From an uncultured Gemmatimonadaceae bacterium (GTDB lineage: Bacteria; Gemmatimonadota; Gemmatimonadetes; Gemmatimonadales; Gemmatimonadaceae), in the NCBI GenBank assembly GCA_963817955.1, contig CAWFQK010000001.1, forward strand, positions 352,001-416,000: DNA of 64,000 nucleotides, written 5' to 3'. Positions 29,238 through 39,834 of the stretch are shown in pieces. The position numbers were made by a program, and so were the translations under genes. Position 1 is the stretch's first letter; every line of letters begins with the position of its first letter. Under the pieces are notes generated by a model. It saw only the letters and a list, made by a program, of their open reading frames with translations. It made no database searches and was not told the origin of the DNA.

Positions 29238-30209
29238 ATGAATCGTCGGAAATTGCGGAACGGGCTCATGCTTGCGGTGGCAACTGTCTCGGCGTCGCTC
29301 GAAGTTCCGCGCATCGCGCATGAACCATTGCACGCCACAGCATTCGAGATCGCAGATGCGTCGTCGGCCATGAGCAGCGCGGTGAAGGAGCTCGCGTCGA
29401 CGGTCACGGCCAGCCATGTAGGCTTCGACACGAACGTGTATCCCGGCGACCGTGCGATGGACGCGTGGAAGCGCTCCGGCGAATACGAGTGGGTGGGGTA
29501 CTATCTCCAGGCGCCCTGCCACAAAGACACCAGCTGGTCAGGAAAGCGCGCCCATCTCGTCAACAATGGATGGGGACTCGCTGTGCTATACGTCGGCCAA
29601 CAAACGTGGGGCCAAACATCCACCACAGCATCCGCGCCGCCGTCACGAAAGTTGAAACGTCCACGCCATGGCAAGAAATCACGTGTCACGCGCACGATGA
29701 CGCGACGTTCGACAAAGCCAGTGGCCGCCGCCGGCGATCGCTGCTCGGCGTCCTACGTGGGAGCGACCCAGGGCCGTCTCGATGCGCGCGACGCGATTGC
29801 GACGGCAGCGAAGGAAGCATTCCCTAGCGGCACCGTCGTGTTCCTCGACATCGAATACATGGATGTCCTGCCGCAGCGCATGCGCGACTACTACATGTCG
29901 TGGGCAAAGTCAGTCCTCGCTGATGGCCGCTATCGCCCGGGCATTTACGCACACACGCACAACGCCGCGCAAATCTACGATGACGTCAGCGACATCTACG
30001 CGCAGGCTGGCGTCGATACCGAACCGCCGTTCTGGGTCGCTGGCTCGAGCGGCTTCTCTCCCGGCAGTGTGCCCACAGATGTTGGGCACGCGTTCGCGTC
30101 CGCCTGGCAGGGCTTACTGGACGTCGTGCGCACACACAATGGCGTAAGGCTGCCGATCGACATCAGCGTCGCGTCCGTCGCATCGCCGAGTCTGGCGACG
30201 GTGCAGTAG
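29238..30209 (+). CDS. DUF1906 (Rv2525c-like, GH25-related) glycoside hydrolase domain protein
   Basis: GFDTNVYPG, WVGYYL, GWGLAVLYVGQQ, VFLDIE and YRPGIY motifs. Confidence 0.8.
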   Translation: MNRRKLRNGLMLAVATVSASLEVPRIAHEPLHATAFEIADASSAMSSAVKELASTVTASHVGFDTNVYPGDRAMDAWKRSGEYEWVGYYLQAPCHKDTSWSGKRAHLVNNGWGLAVLYVGQQTWGQTSTTASAPPSRKLKRPRHGKKSRVTRTMTRRSTKPVAAAGDRCSASYVGATQGRLDARDAIATAAKEAFPSGTVVFLDIEYMDVLPQRMRDYYMSWAKSVLADGRYRPGIYAHTHNAAQIYDDVSDIYAQAGVDTEPPFWVAGSSGFSPGSVPTDVGHAFASAWQGLLDVVRTHNGVRLPIDISVASVASPSLATVQ

Positions 30210-33200
30210 CGTGCGCCGTGACTGCCACCCCGCGCTTGAAACGCGCGAACAAGCGTTCGCGCCACTCGTCAAGGATCTCGTACACCGTCGGAATCACCAC
30301 GAGCGTCAGCACGGTGGACGTGATCACGCCGCCGATGACCGCACGGCCAAGCGGTGCACGGAAGTCGGCCCCTTCTCCGAGGCCGAGCGCGACGGGAACC
30401 ATCCCCGCGATCAGCGCGAGCGTCGTCATGAGAATCGGACGCAGTCGAATGCGCCCGGCTTCGATCAACGCGTCGCGCCGATTGAGACCGCGATCGATGC
30501 GCGCCCACTTCGCGAAATCAATCAGCAGAATGGCATTCTTGGCCACGATGCCCATGAGCAGGATCACTCCGATCAGGCTCATGAGATTGAGCGTATCGCC
30601 CGTGACGATGAGCGCCAGCACGACACCGATCAGGGACAGCGGCAGCGAAATGAGAATCGCCAAGGGGTCCAGGAACGAGCCAAACTGCACGACGAGGATG
30701 AGATACATCAACATGACTGCGACGCCGAGAGCGACGAAGATGCTCCCGAACACCTCGTTCTGGCTTTCCGTCTGGCCGCCCGCGCTGATGTGGTAGCCGG
30801 AGGGCAGTTGGATCTTTTGGACGCTCGACATGAGCGACTGCGACACTTTGCCCAATGACGAGCCCTCGATGTTCGCGCCAATCATCACCACGCGTTCGCG
30901 CTGATAATGGTCGATCTGCGACGGTCCGAAGCTAGGCGTGATCTGCGCAACCTGACTGAGTGGCACGAACGCCGGCGTGCCGTTCGCGGCCGGAGAGACC
31001 ATCACCGGTAGCTGGCCGAGATCGGCGGCGTTCTCGCGTGCCGCGGGAACAAGACGTACATGGACGTAGCGCGAGATCCCGGCTGGATCCACCCAGGTGC
31101 CCGCATCCACGCCGGCAAAGGCAAATCGCAACGACGTTGCGAGCTGGCTCAGACTCACACCGAGCGTGCCGGCGAGGCCACGGCGAACGCGTACGTCGAA
31201 CTCCGGCTTCTGCCCTTTCGTCGAGAGTCCGACGTCCACGGCGCCGGGTGTCGCGGCCATGATCTTCTCAATCCGCTCGGCGTACTGGTTGAGCGTTCCC
31301 TGATCGGGCCCTTGCAGCTGTAACTGCAACTGCTTCTGCGCGCCTCCCATGCCCGACGCGTAGGTATATGCGGTGGCGCCGCCGATGGCGCGCATCTGCT
31401 TGCGCAGAATCTGCGCGAGGGCGTCCTGGCTGATTCCACGCTCGTTCTTTGGCTTCAGCCGCACGTACACGTTCGCATTATCGACGGCACCCGAACCTGA
31501 CGCGCTTCCCACGGTCGCGTACGTGTACTCCACCTCAGGGTGCGCGCGAATCATGCGCGCCACCTCCTCCGCTTTGAGGGTCGAGTAGTCGAGACTGGAG
31601 CCGGGCGGCGTCTCGATGGCAATGTTCAACTCGCTATTGTCGCTCACGGGCACGAAGCCGAAGCCACCGATCGTCACTTGGAGGAGGATAGCGAACACGA
31701 AGGACCCGGCGGCAAGCATGATCATCGTCCAGCGATGATCGAGCGCCCACGAGATCAGCCCCTTGTACCGCTCGGATTGGCGGTCGAACCAGATATTGAA
31801 ACGCGCGAGTGCGCGCGCGATGGGATTGCGCCGCTCGTTCGCCTCCAGTTGGGGGTCGGCCCAGTACGCCGACAGCATCGGGTCGAGCGAGAATGACACG
31901 AAGAGCGACACGAGCACGGCACAAGCAATGGTGAGCGCGAAGGGCTTGAACCACTGACCCGCAATGCCCGGCATGAAGCCGACCGGCACGAATACGGCGA
32001 CGATCGAGAACGTCGTCGCAGCGACGGCGAGGCCGATTTCGTCGGTGCCCTCATGCGCCGCATGCATATGGTCCGCCCCCAGCTCGACGTGGCGGACAAT
32101 GTTCTCGCGCACGACGATCGCATCGTCGATCAGAATGCCGATCGCCAGCGACAGCCCGAGCAGCGACATCGTATTGAGCGTGAAGCCGAATATCGCCAAC
32201 GGCACGAATGACGCGAGCACAGACACCGGCAATGCCAAGCCGGTGATGACCGTGGATCGCCATGAGTTCAGGAACAGAAACACCACGAGCACCGTGAGAA
32301 TGGCGCCTTCCACGAGCGCCTCCTCCACGTTCCGCACCGAGTTGCGCACGCGAACACCCGCGTCGCGAACCACCACGATTCGCGTGCCCGTTGGCAGCGT
32401 CTGCTGCAGTTGTGCGATGCGCTCCCGCACGGCATCGGCCACCGCCGTCGTGCTGTACTCACGCGACTTCACGATGTCGAGGCCAATGGCTACTTGCCCG
32501 TTGTAGAGCGCGGCCGATTTCGGTTCCGCGGCGCCCGCTTCGACGTTGGCGACCTGGCCGAGTGTGATGAGCTGTCCATTACGCTGCGACACGACGAGCG
32601 CGCTGAAGTCCTCCGGCCGTTCGAAACGACCCTCGAGACGAATGGAGCGCTGCTCGAGGGAATTGTTGACGTTGCCGACGGGCGCCGCGAGATTCTGGGC
32701 GCGCAACGCCGACACTACTTGATCGATGCCGACGCCGTTCGCCGCGAGATCCGTGGGCCGTACGTCCACATTGAGCTGGGCACTGTCTCCACCGACCACG
32801 TTCACCTGCGCCACGCCACCGATGGCGCGGAGCTCGCCGGCGATCGTTTGATCGGCGATTTGCGTGAGTTGAGGCGGCGTCAGCACTGAAGACGTCATCG
32901 CCAGCGATACAATGGGTAGCTGGTTCGGGTCGAACCGCTGCAACACCGGCTCGAGGATTTCCGCCGGTAGCTGAGAGCGAATCGCCGAGATCGCATCGCG
33001 AATGTCCTGCGTCGCTTGATCGACCGGCTTGGAGAAGACGAACTGCACGATGATCTGCGCGAAGCCGTCGGTCGACGTCGAGTTGATCTTGTCTACGCCG
33101 CTGATGCCCGAAATCTTGTCTTCGACGCGGTTCACGACTTCGCGCTCGACGACGTCCGGCGCCGCTCCGGGATACGGAATGGCGATAAAGACGATCGGCG

Positions 33201-33324
33201 CGTCGATCGCGGGGAATTCGTCCGTGTCCAACCGGGCCAGCGACGCCAGACCGAACACCACCAACGCGATCATGGTGACGACGGTGATGATCGGCCGACG
33301 AATCGCGAAATCCGAGATGAACAT
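30163..33324 (-). CDS. Second RND efflux permease (paralog of 20204-23491)
   Basis: Same signature motifs (GILIDDAIVV, GIVAKNAILL, RLRPILMTT); 1053 aa. Confidence 0.95.
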   Translation of the reverse strand: MFISDFAIRRPIITVVTMIALVVFGLASLARLDTDEFPAIDAPIVFIAIPYPGAAPDVVEREVVNRVEDKISGISGVDKINSTSTDGFAQIIVQFVFSKPVDQATQDIRDAISAIRSQLPAEILEPVLQRFDPNQLPIVSLAMTSSVLTPPQLTQIADQTIAGELRAIGGVAQVNVVGGDSAQLNVDVRPTDLAANGVGIDQVVSALRAQNLAAPVGNVNNSLEQRSIRLEGRFERPEDFSALVVSQRNGQLITLGQVANVEAGAAEPKSAALYNGQVAIGLDIVKSREYSTTAVADAVRERIAQLQQTLPTGTRIVVVRDAGVRVRNSVRNVEEALVEGAILTVLVVFLFLNSWRSTVITGLALPVSVLASFVPLAIFGFTLNTMSLLGLSLAIGILIDDAIVVRENIVRHVELGADHMHAAHEGTDEIGLAVAATTFSIVAVFVPVGFMPGIAGQWFKPFALTIACAVLVSLFVSFSLDPMLSAYWADPQLEANERRNPIARALARFNIWFDRQSERYKGLISWALDHRWTMIMLAAGSFVFAILLQVTIGGFGFVPVSDNSELNIAIETPPGSSLDYSTLKAEEVARMIRAHPEVEYTYATVGSASGSGAVDNANVYVRLKPKNERGISQDALAQILRKQMRAIGGATAYTYASGMGGAQKQLQLQLQGPDQGTLNQYAERIEKIMAATPGAVDVGLSTKGQKPEFDVRVRRGLAGTLGVSLSQLATSLRFAFAGVDAGTWVDPAGISRYVHVRLVPAARENAADLGQLPVMVSPAANGTPAFVPLSQVAQITPSFGPSQIDHYQRERVVMIGANIEGSSLGKVSQSLMSSVQKIQLPSGYHISAGGQTESQNEVFGSIFVALGVAVMLMYLILVVQFGSFLDPLAILISLPLSLIGVVLALIVTGDTLNLMSLIGVILLMGIVAKNAILLIDFAKWARIDRGLNRRDALIEAGRIRLRPILMTTLALIAGMVPVALGLGEGADFRAPLGRAVIGGVITSTVLTLVVIPTVYEILDEWRERLFARFKRGVAVTAHATAPSPDSAMRRTRR

Positions 33325-33345
33325 GATGACGTCCTCTGCCCCAAC

Positions 33346-33460
33346 ATGAATGTCCGACTGCTACGATCCTGCAACTCCAGAAACTATCGACTGTTCTTCG
33401 GCGGACAGAGCGTATCGCTCATTGGCGGGATGGCAGGCGCGTGCGCGGCAGCGTGGTCCA
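33346..33460 (+). pseudogene. Remnant of an MFS transporter N-terminus
   Basis: Reads MNVRLLRSCNSRNYRLFFGGQSVSLIG, the typical start of MFS_3/DHA3-type transporters, then degenerates and stops by 33540. Confidence 0.6.
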
Positions 33461-33553
33461 CATGGGGCTACCACATGGGGGCTACCGCGCCTTCGAATGC
33501 TTGTGCGACCGATCTACGTGCTAATAATAATCCTTGCTGATTGACGAGAGCCG

Positions 33554-34903
33554 TCACCGCGAAGGGCTCACCGTCCGCACGAATACGATGGCGTCGTAAT
33601 TCGCCGGTAGTTCGATCGGCGTCTGTACGAGTTCCGGCGCCTCCGGCGTATAGATTTCTGTGATGAGCCGGATGGGCCGCGATCCTTTGAGCCAGGCGCC
33701 GGCAGCGTCCGCCGGCAGCGTCCGCGCGTCGAGCCAGTAGCCGGCCTGCGCCACGCGCCCGAGCACGTCTTCGTATGTGTTTGGCAGCGGCGGGCGAACG
33801 GCGATGTCACTCAAGCCACCGGGCTGTCCGCCGCGCCCCGTTGATACGCGACGGGCGCGAATGGAGCCGTTGCCGAAGGCAAAGGCAATGGCGCGATAGC
33901 GTGTGCCGAGTCGCTGGCCCAGAGAAAGGCCCGTCTGGGGCACGGTGCGGTCGAGCGTGAGCCGGCCCATTTCGACATCGCCACCCCACAACATCAGCTT
34001 TGCGTCGGCGCCGAGCGCATTGGCCAGGAACAGGACGTGCTCGGCGTTTGCGTCATGCCGCGTCATGTGCCGCAAGCTGACGCTCACGTGATGCTGAATC
34101 AGCCGCGCCATCTGCTCGGCGAACGCCACATCACTCGCGTGGGTCGATGTTGCACTCGTGCGGCGACGGAGCGCCACGAGGCTGTCTACTCCGGCCGCGG
34201 CAACCGTGTTACACCGGTTCCAGAATGTGCTATCCGCCGCTCGGCCTTCAAGACCCCAATGAGCACCTTCGTTCATCGCCACGCAAGCATATTCGCGCGT
34301 GAGCCAACTCTTGAGGGGCGCCCCCGTTACCGAATCCGGCAGCGACGTCACCACGTGCACTGCAAGGGCGGCGGAAGGAATCTCGAATCCGTAAAAGCCA
34401 AGCGGTGCCGCGGGATGTGCGCGGTTCCAGTCACGCATCGCGTTGACGAGCGCGAGCATCTCACGCGTCTCCCAGCGCCAGGATCCGAGCTCGCGGAGCA
34501 ACCGCCGCGGATCGCCGACGCCGGACCGTACGTACCGGTCGATTTCCATCGCCTCGGCCATCGGGGCCTGAATGGCGAGACCGCGCACGCCTTTCGCTTC
34601 CGCCAGGGCGAACAGCGCCCGGCGAATGACGAGCGGGAATTCGCGCGTCCCCTCAGTCAGTTCGCTGAAGCCCACGATGCGCGCATCGCCCGCAAGCGCC
34701 GCGAGCTGCATCCGCTCACCGACCGATGGCAGCGAATCCGCCGGGTTGAACGGAACGGCGTGGGACGACACCCAATTGAGGGCCGCGGTGGCAGAGTCGT
34801 TCAGCGCCTGGGGAGCTGGCGGGGGCGGGGGCGGCGCCGAACGGCAGGCGGCAACGGCGAACGCGAAGGCGACGACTATCGAGACACGAGCGGCGGAGTG
34901 CAT
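33554..34903 (-). CDS. Erythromycin-esterase-family lipoprotein (divergent active site)
   Basis: Lipobox AVAAC; DARIVGFSE, W.W.TREML.L...MRDWN, FYGFE and YDAIVFV motifs. Confidence 0.75.
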   Translation of the reverse strand: MHSAARVSIVVAFAFAVAACRSAPPPPPPAPQALNDSATAALNWVSSHAVPFNPADSLPSVGERMQLAALAGDARIVGFSELTEGTREFPLVIRRALFALAEAKGVRGLAIQAPMAEAMEIDRYVRSGVGDPRRLLRELGSWRWETREMLALVNAMRDWNRAHPAAPLGFYGFEIPSAALAVHVVTSLPDSVTGAPLKSWLTREYACVAMNEGAHWGLEGRAADSTFWNRCNTVAAAGVDSLVALRRRTSATSTHASDVAFAEQMARLIQHHVSVSLRHMTRHDANAEHVLFLANALGADAKLMLWGGDVEMGRLTLDRTVPQTGLSLGQRLGTRYRAIAFAFGNGSIRARRVSTGRGGQPGGLSDIAVRPPLPNTYEDVLGRVAQAGYWLDARTLPADAAGAWLKGSRPIRLITEIYTPEAPELVQTPIELPANYDAIVFVRTVSPSR

Positions 34904-34975
34904 AACGATCCGGTTCGGGAAATGGCGTGGTTGCGACGTAACATGCAGCTTGCGTGACAAATCATGTGCGGGACG

Positions 34976-35899
34976 TCAGGCATGGCCTGAGACATCACCT
35001 TCGTACGACATTTCAGCGCCATCCTGGAGCAGTGTCTCGAGTTCGCGTGCCGCGGCAGACGACGTACGGCCGATCAGTCGGATCTGCGTCAGCGGCCGGC
35101 CGATGACCAGACCGCTCACCGGCAAGATGGCGATTCGCCCGAGCGCGAGCTGGTCCGCCGCTGCCGCGCGCGACACGATCGCCAACCCCAATCCCGCTGC
35201 CACCCCCTGCTTGATCACTTCCGTCCCACCAACACGCATGGTGTTCGTAAGACGCACGCCCTGCGCGGCGAGAGCGCGTTCTGTGACAACCCGCGTCCCC
35301 GATCCAGGTTCCCGCACGAGAAATGGCTGTTGCGACAAGAGGTGAACGTCTGTTGGCGCTTGAGCGAGCAACGGATGGTCGGGCGGCGCGATGATCACGA
35401 GTTCGTCGTCCCGCCAAGGCCGCACCTCGACGCGCGGATGCGACACAGGTCCCTCGACGAGTGCGACGTCCACGCGGAACTCCAGTAGCATGCGCAACAC
35501 CCTCCGCGTATTGGCGCTGGTCGTTTGGATGCGGACGCCCGGATGCCTGAGGTGGAAGCGCCCCAGTATGGGCGGGAGCATGTAGGTGGCGATGGTGGTA
35601 CTGGCCGCGATCCGGAGCACACCCCGTTCGAGTCCGCGCATCTCGCGGAGCTCCTGTTCCGCAATGCGTTCCACGCCAAAGAGCTCACTCGCCCGCGCAT
35701 AGAGGGCCCGGCCAGCATCAGTCAGTTTGACCGTCTTGCCACTGCGGTCTAGTAGCGCGACGTCGAGCTGCCCCTCCAACTCCATCACCGACTTGGAGAT
35801 AGCTGGTTGGCTCAGACGTAGTGCCAGGGCGGCATTTGTGAAGCCCTTGCGATCTACCACGGCAACGAACAGCCGGAGATGGTGAAGGTTGATTGCCAT
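34976..35899 (-). CDS. LysR-family regulator (YeiE/CysL-like)
   Basis: HTH FTNAALALRLSQPAISK; ASTTIATYMLP and REPGSGTR motifs; divergent from yeiH. Confidence 0.93.
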   Translation of the reverse strand: MAINLHHLRLFVAVVDRKGFTNAALALRLSQPAISKSVMELEGQLDVALLDRSGKTVKLTDAGRALYARASELFGVERIAEQELREMRGLERGVLRIAASTTIATYMLPPILGRFHLRHPGVRIQTTSANTRRVLRMLLEFRVDVALVEGPVSHPRVEVRPWRDDELVIIAPPDHPLLAQAPTDVHLLSQQPFLVREPGSGTRVVTERALAAQGVRLTNTMRVGGTEVIKQGVAAGLGLAIVSRAAAADQLALGRIAILPVSGLVIGRPLTQIRLIGRTSSAAARELETLLQDGAEMSYEGDVSGHA

Positions 35900-35914
35900 A
35901 ATGGAAAGCTATGG
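35896..35914. promoter_or_regulatory. LysR recognition box (T-N11-A dyad) overlapping the lysR start; TATAAT -10 at 35940-35945
   Basis: CCATA-ATGGAAAGC-TATGG dyad in the AT-rich divergent intergenic region. Confidence 0.6.
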
Positions 35915-35968
35915 AATCATAAGAATAATGTAGTGGCCTTATAATAGTCCCCGCGGCTACCATGCGAC

Positions 35969-37003
35969 ATGACCAGTATCGCTGCAGACGCACCCGTGCT
36001 CATCCGTCGATCCCCGCCCGTTCTCGTGGGGATCCTGGCATCGATTCTTGTGTCGCTGGTCGCCCTCGCCGGCGGAGCGGCGGAGGAGCGGTTGTTTGGA
36101 CGAGCCATCATCGAGCCGCTGGTCCTGGCGATCCTCGTTGGGATGGTCGTCCGCACGGTTCGCGGCGCCGACGCCCGTTCCGAGCCGGGGATACGCTTCG
36201 TCGCCAAGGACGTGCTCGAGGTCGCGGTTTGCCTGCTTGGCGCCACCATGAACGTGCCGCAGCTCTTTGCTTCCGGGCCATTGCTGGCTGTGGGTATCGT
36301 GCTGCTCGTGTGCACGGCACTTGGCTCCGGGTTCCTGATCGGACGCGCCGCCGGCCTCACGCCGAGGCTGGCCACGCTGGTTGCCTGCGGAAATGCGATT
36401 TGCGGCAATTCAGCCATTGCTGCCGTCGCACCGGTGATCGGCGCAGAACGGGAGGACGTCGCCGCCTCGATTGCGCTCACTGCGGTACTCGGCGTCGTGG
36501 TAGTCCTATTGCTTCCGCTATTGATGATTCCGCTACACCTGTCGTATTACCAGTACGGGGTGCTCGCGGGACTCACCGTCTACGCCGTACCGCAGGTGCT
36601 CGCTGCGGCGTTCGCGGTCAGCACCTTGAGCGGACAGGTGGCCACGGCCGTAAAACTGGCGCGCGTACTGATGCTCGGACCCACGGTGATCTTCTTCGCG
36701 CTTCGCGCACGGCGCGCGAATTCCACTGCGACCTTGTCGTTCCGCAAGATCGTGCCCTGGTTCGTCATCGGCTTCGTGGTTCTGGCCACGCTACGATCGA
36801 CCGGTCTCGTGCCGGATCTTGCGGCGACCGACGCCAAGCTCGTCGCCGGTTGGCTGACGATCGCTGCGATGGCGGCACTTGGCCTGTCGGTAGACGTTCG
36901 TGCCGTGCGGCAGGTGGGTGCGCGTGTGACACTCGCGGTCGCAGGATCGCTCGTCACGATCATCATTCTCGCCGTGACGCTGATCCGCGTGTTGCATCTG
37001 TGA
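35969..37003 (+). CDS. yeiH: YeiH family (putative sulfate/sulfite exporter) membrane protein
   Basis: GNAICGNSAIAAVAPVI, YAVPQVLAA, KLARVLMLGP and AMAALGL motifs. Confidence 0.9.
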   Translation: MTSIAADAPVLIRRSPPVLVGILASILVSLVALAGGAAEERLFGRAIIEPLVLAILVGMVVRTVRGADARSEPGIRFVAKDVLEVAVCLLGATMNVPQLFASGPLLAVGIVLLVCTALGSGFLIGRAAGLTPRLATLVACGNAICGNSAIAAVAPVIGAEREDVAASIALTAVLGVVVVLLLPLLMIPLHLSYYQYGVLAGLTVYAVPQVLAAAFAVSTLSGQVATAVKLARVLMLGPTVIFFALRARRANSTATLSFRKIVPWFVIGFVVLATLRSTGLVPDLAATDAKLVAGWLTIAAMAALGLSVDVRAVRQVGARVTLAVAGSLVTIIILAVTLIRVLHL

Positions 37004-37015
37004 CCTGCGGTATTC

Positions 37016-37552
37016 CTATGGGAGCTTGATCATCGCGGCGGCCCACAGAGGGCCATCGGTATCCTCTTGATACAGCTTGTCGAGATCGACGCTCACACCA
37101 CTCCCGTCGCGCGCGATCGCGAACCGATCCATGTCGCGCGTCGCGCGTCCGCTGCCAGGCACGTACTGACCGGACGCCAGGAACTTCGAGTGATGTTTGG
37201 TGCACTGGAATGCGTGATCGCGATCATCCCATTTGAGCGCGGTGTTCTGGTGCGGACAGGAGAGCGCAAACGCGTACACGGCGTTCTGCCAGCGCACGAG
37301 AATCACTTCGTTATCCCTGTCGATTTGCGCGCCGTCGGCAGCCGGAATGGTGTAGCTGCGCATGCTACCCGACACATGCTTTGCTTCGGTGAAATCGAGC
37401 GGCATGGCGAACGCAGCTGTCTTGCTCATGCCAACTGCGACCATGGCGCCCGCGACACTGAGAAAACTGTCGCGCAAGAAACGGCGGCGGCTGCTCGGCA
37501 GAAGACAGTCACCATGGTCGCAGTCGCCGTGAATATTCGATTCTTCAGACAT
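37016..37552 (-). CDS. Tat-exported Rieske [2Fe-2S] protein
   Basis: SRRRFL twin-arginine signal; CPH and CTKH cluster boxes. Confidence 0.85.
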   Translation of the reverse strand: MSEESNIHGDCDHGDCLLPSSRRRFLRDSFLSVAGAMVAVGMSKTAAFAMPLDFTEAKHVSGSMRSYTIPAADGAQIDRDNEVILVRWQNAVYAFALSCPHQNTALKWDDRDHAFQCTKHHSKFLASGQYVPGSGRATRDMDRFAIARDGSGVSVDLDKLYQEDTDGPLWAAAMIKLP

Positions 37553-37731
37553 CGCGTGCCCTCATCAACGGTATATACCCTCCTTTACCGCTCGGAGTGT
37601 GCCGTCCAGGCCCATATCGCCAAGTCTTTCACTTGTTGAGACTTACGTAAGAGACACCGAAGTCGTTGAGTCCCCCCGTGTCTGTAATAGAGGACGGCCT
37701 CAGTCTATGGAAACAGACGGACACCGCTTCG

Positions 37732-37985
37732 TCAAACTGGGTCCCGCCGTTTTTGGGGGTGGGTGGCCGAGTGCACGTACAGCGACTCGACCTTGGCCCG
37801 CGCCCACGGCGTCTTGCGGAGGAACTTCAGCGATGAGTTGACGCTCGGGTCGTGTGTGAAGCAACGCACCGTGATGCGTTCGCCCAGTCCGTCCCAGCCG
37901 TATCGCTCGACGAGATGCTCGATCATCATCTTGAGCGTGACGCCGTGCAGGGGATCGACCGCCCTGTGCTCGGTCACCGTGGTCA

Positions 37986-37986
<1 letters not shown>
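37732..37986 (-). CDS. VF530/DUF2132 family small nucleic-acid-binding protein
   Basis: DPLHGVTL...YGW..L...[21 protein letters not shown] signature; TAATG overlap with the ettA stop. Confidence 0.88.
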
Positions 37987-39666
<1,680 letters not shown>

Positions 39667-39834
39667 TATGCGTTGGGCAATCAGCGAGGGACGACTGGCG
39701 AGGGAGTTCGACTACAGCCCAGAAATGTAGCGGAGGGTTTGCCTTCACGTGCGCCCGACATCACACACCGCGATCAGCCCGCCTGGCCTTTGCCAGGTAG
39801 GGTTCGCTGCTCGTTGATCGTTGCCGTGTCTCCG

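Noticed and set aside
37553..37731. Possible riboswitch or sRNA upstream of the Rieske gene
   Set aside because: Short hairpins are present but I recognise no aptamer consensus. An Rfam/Infernal search would be needed.
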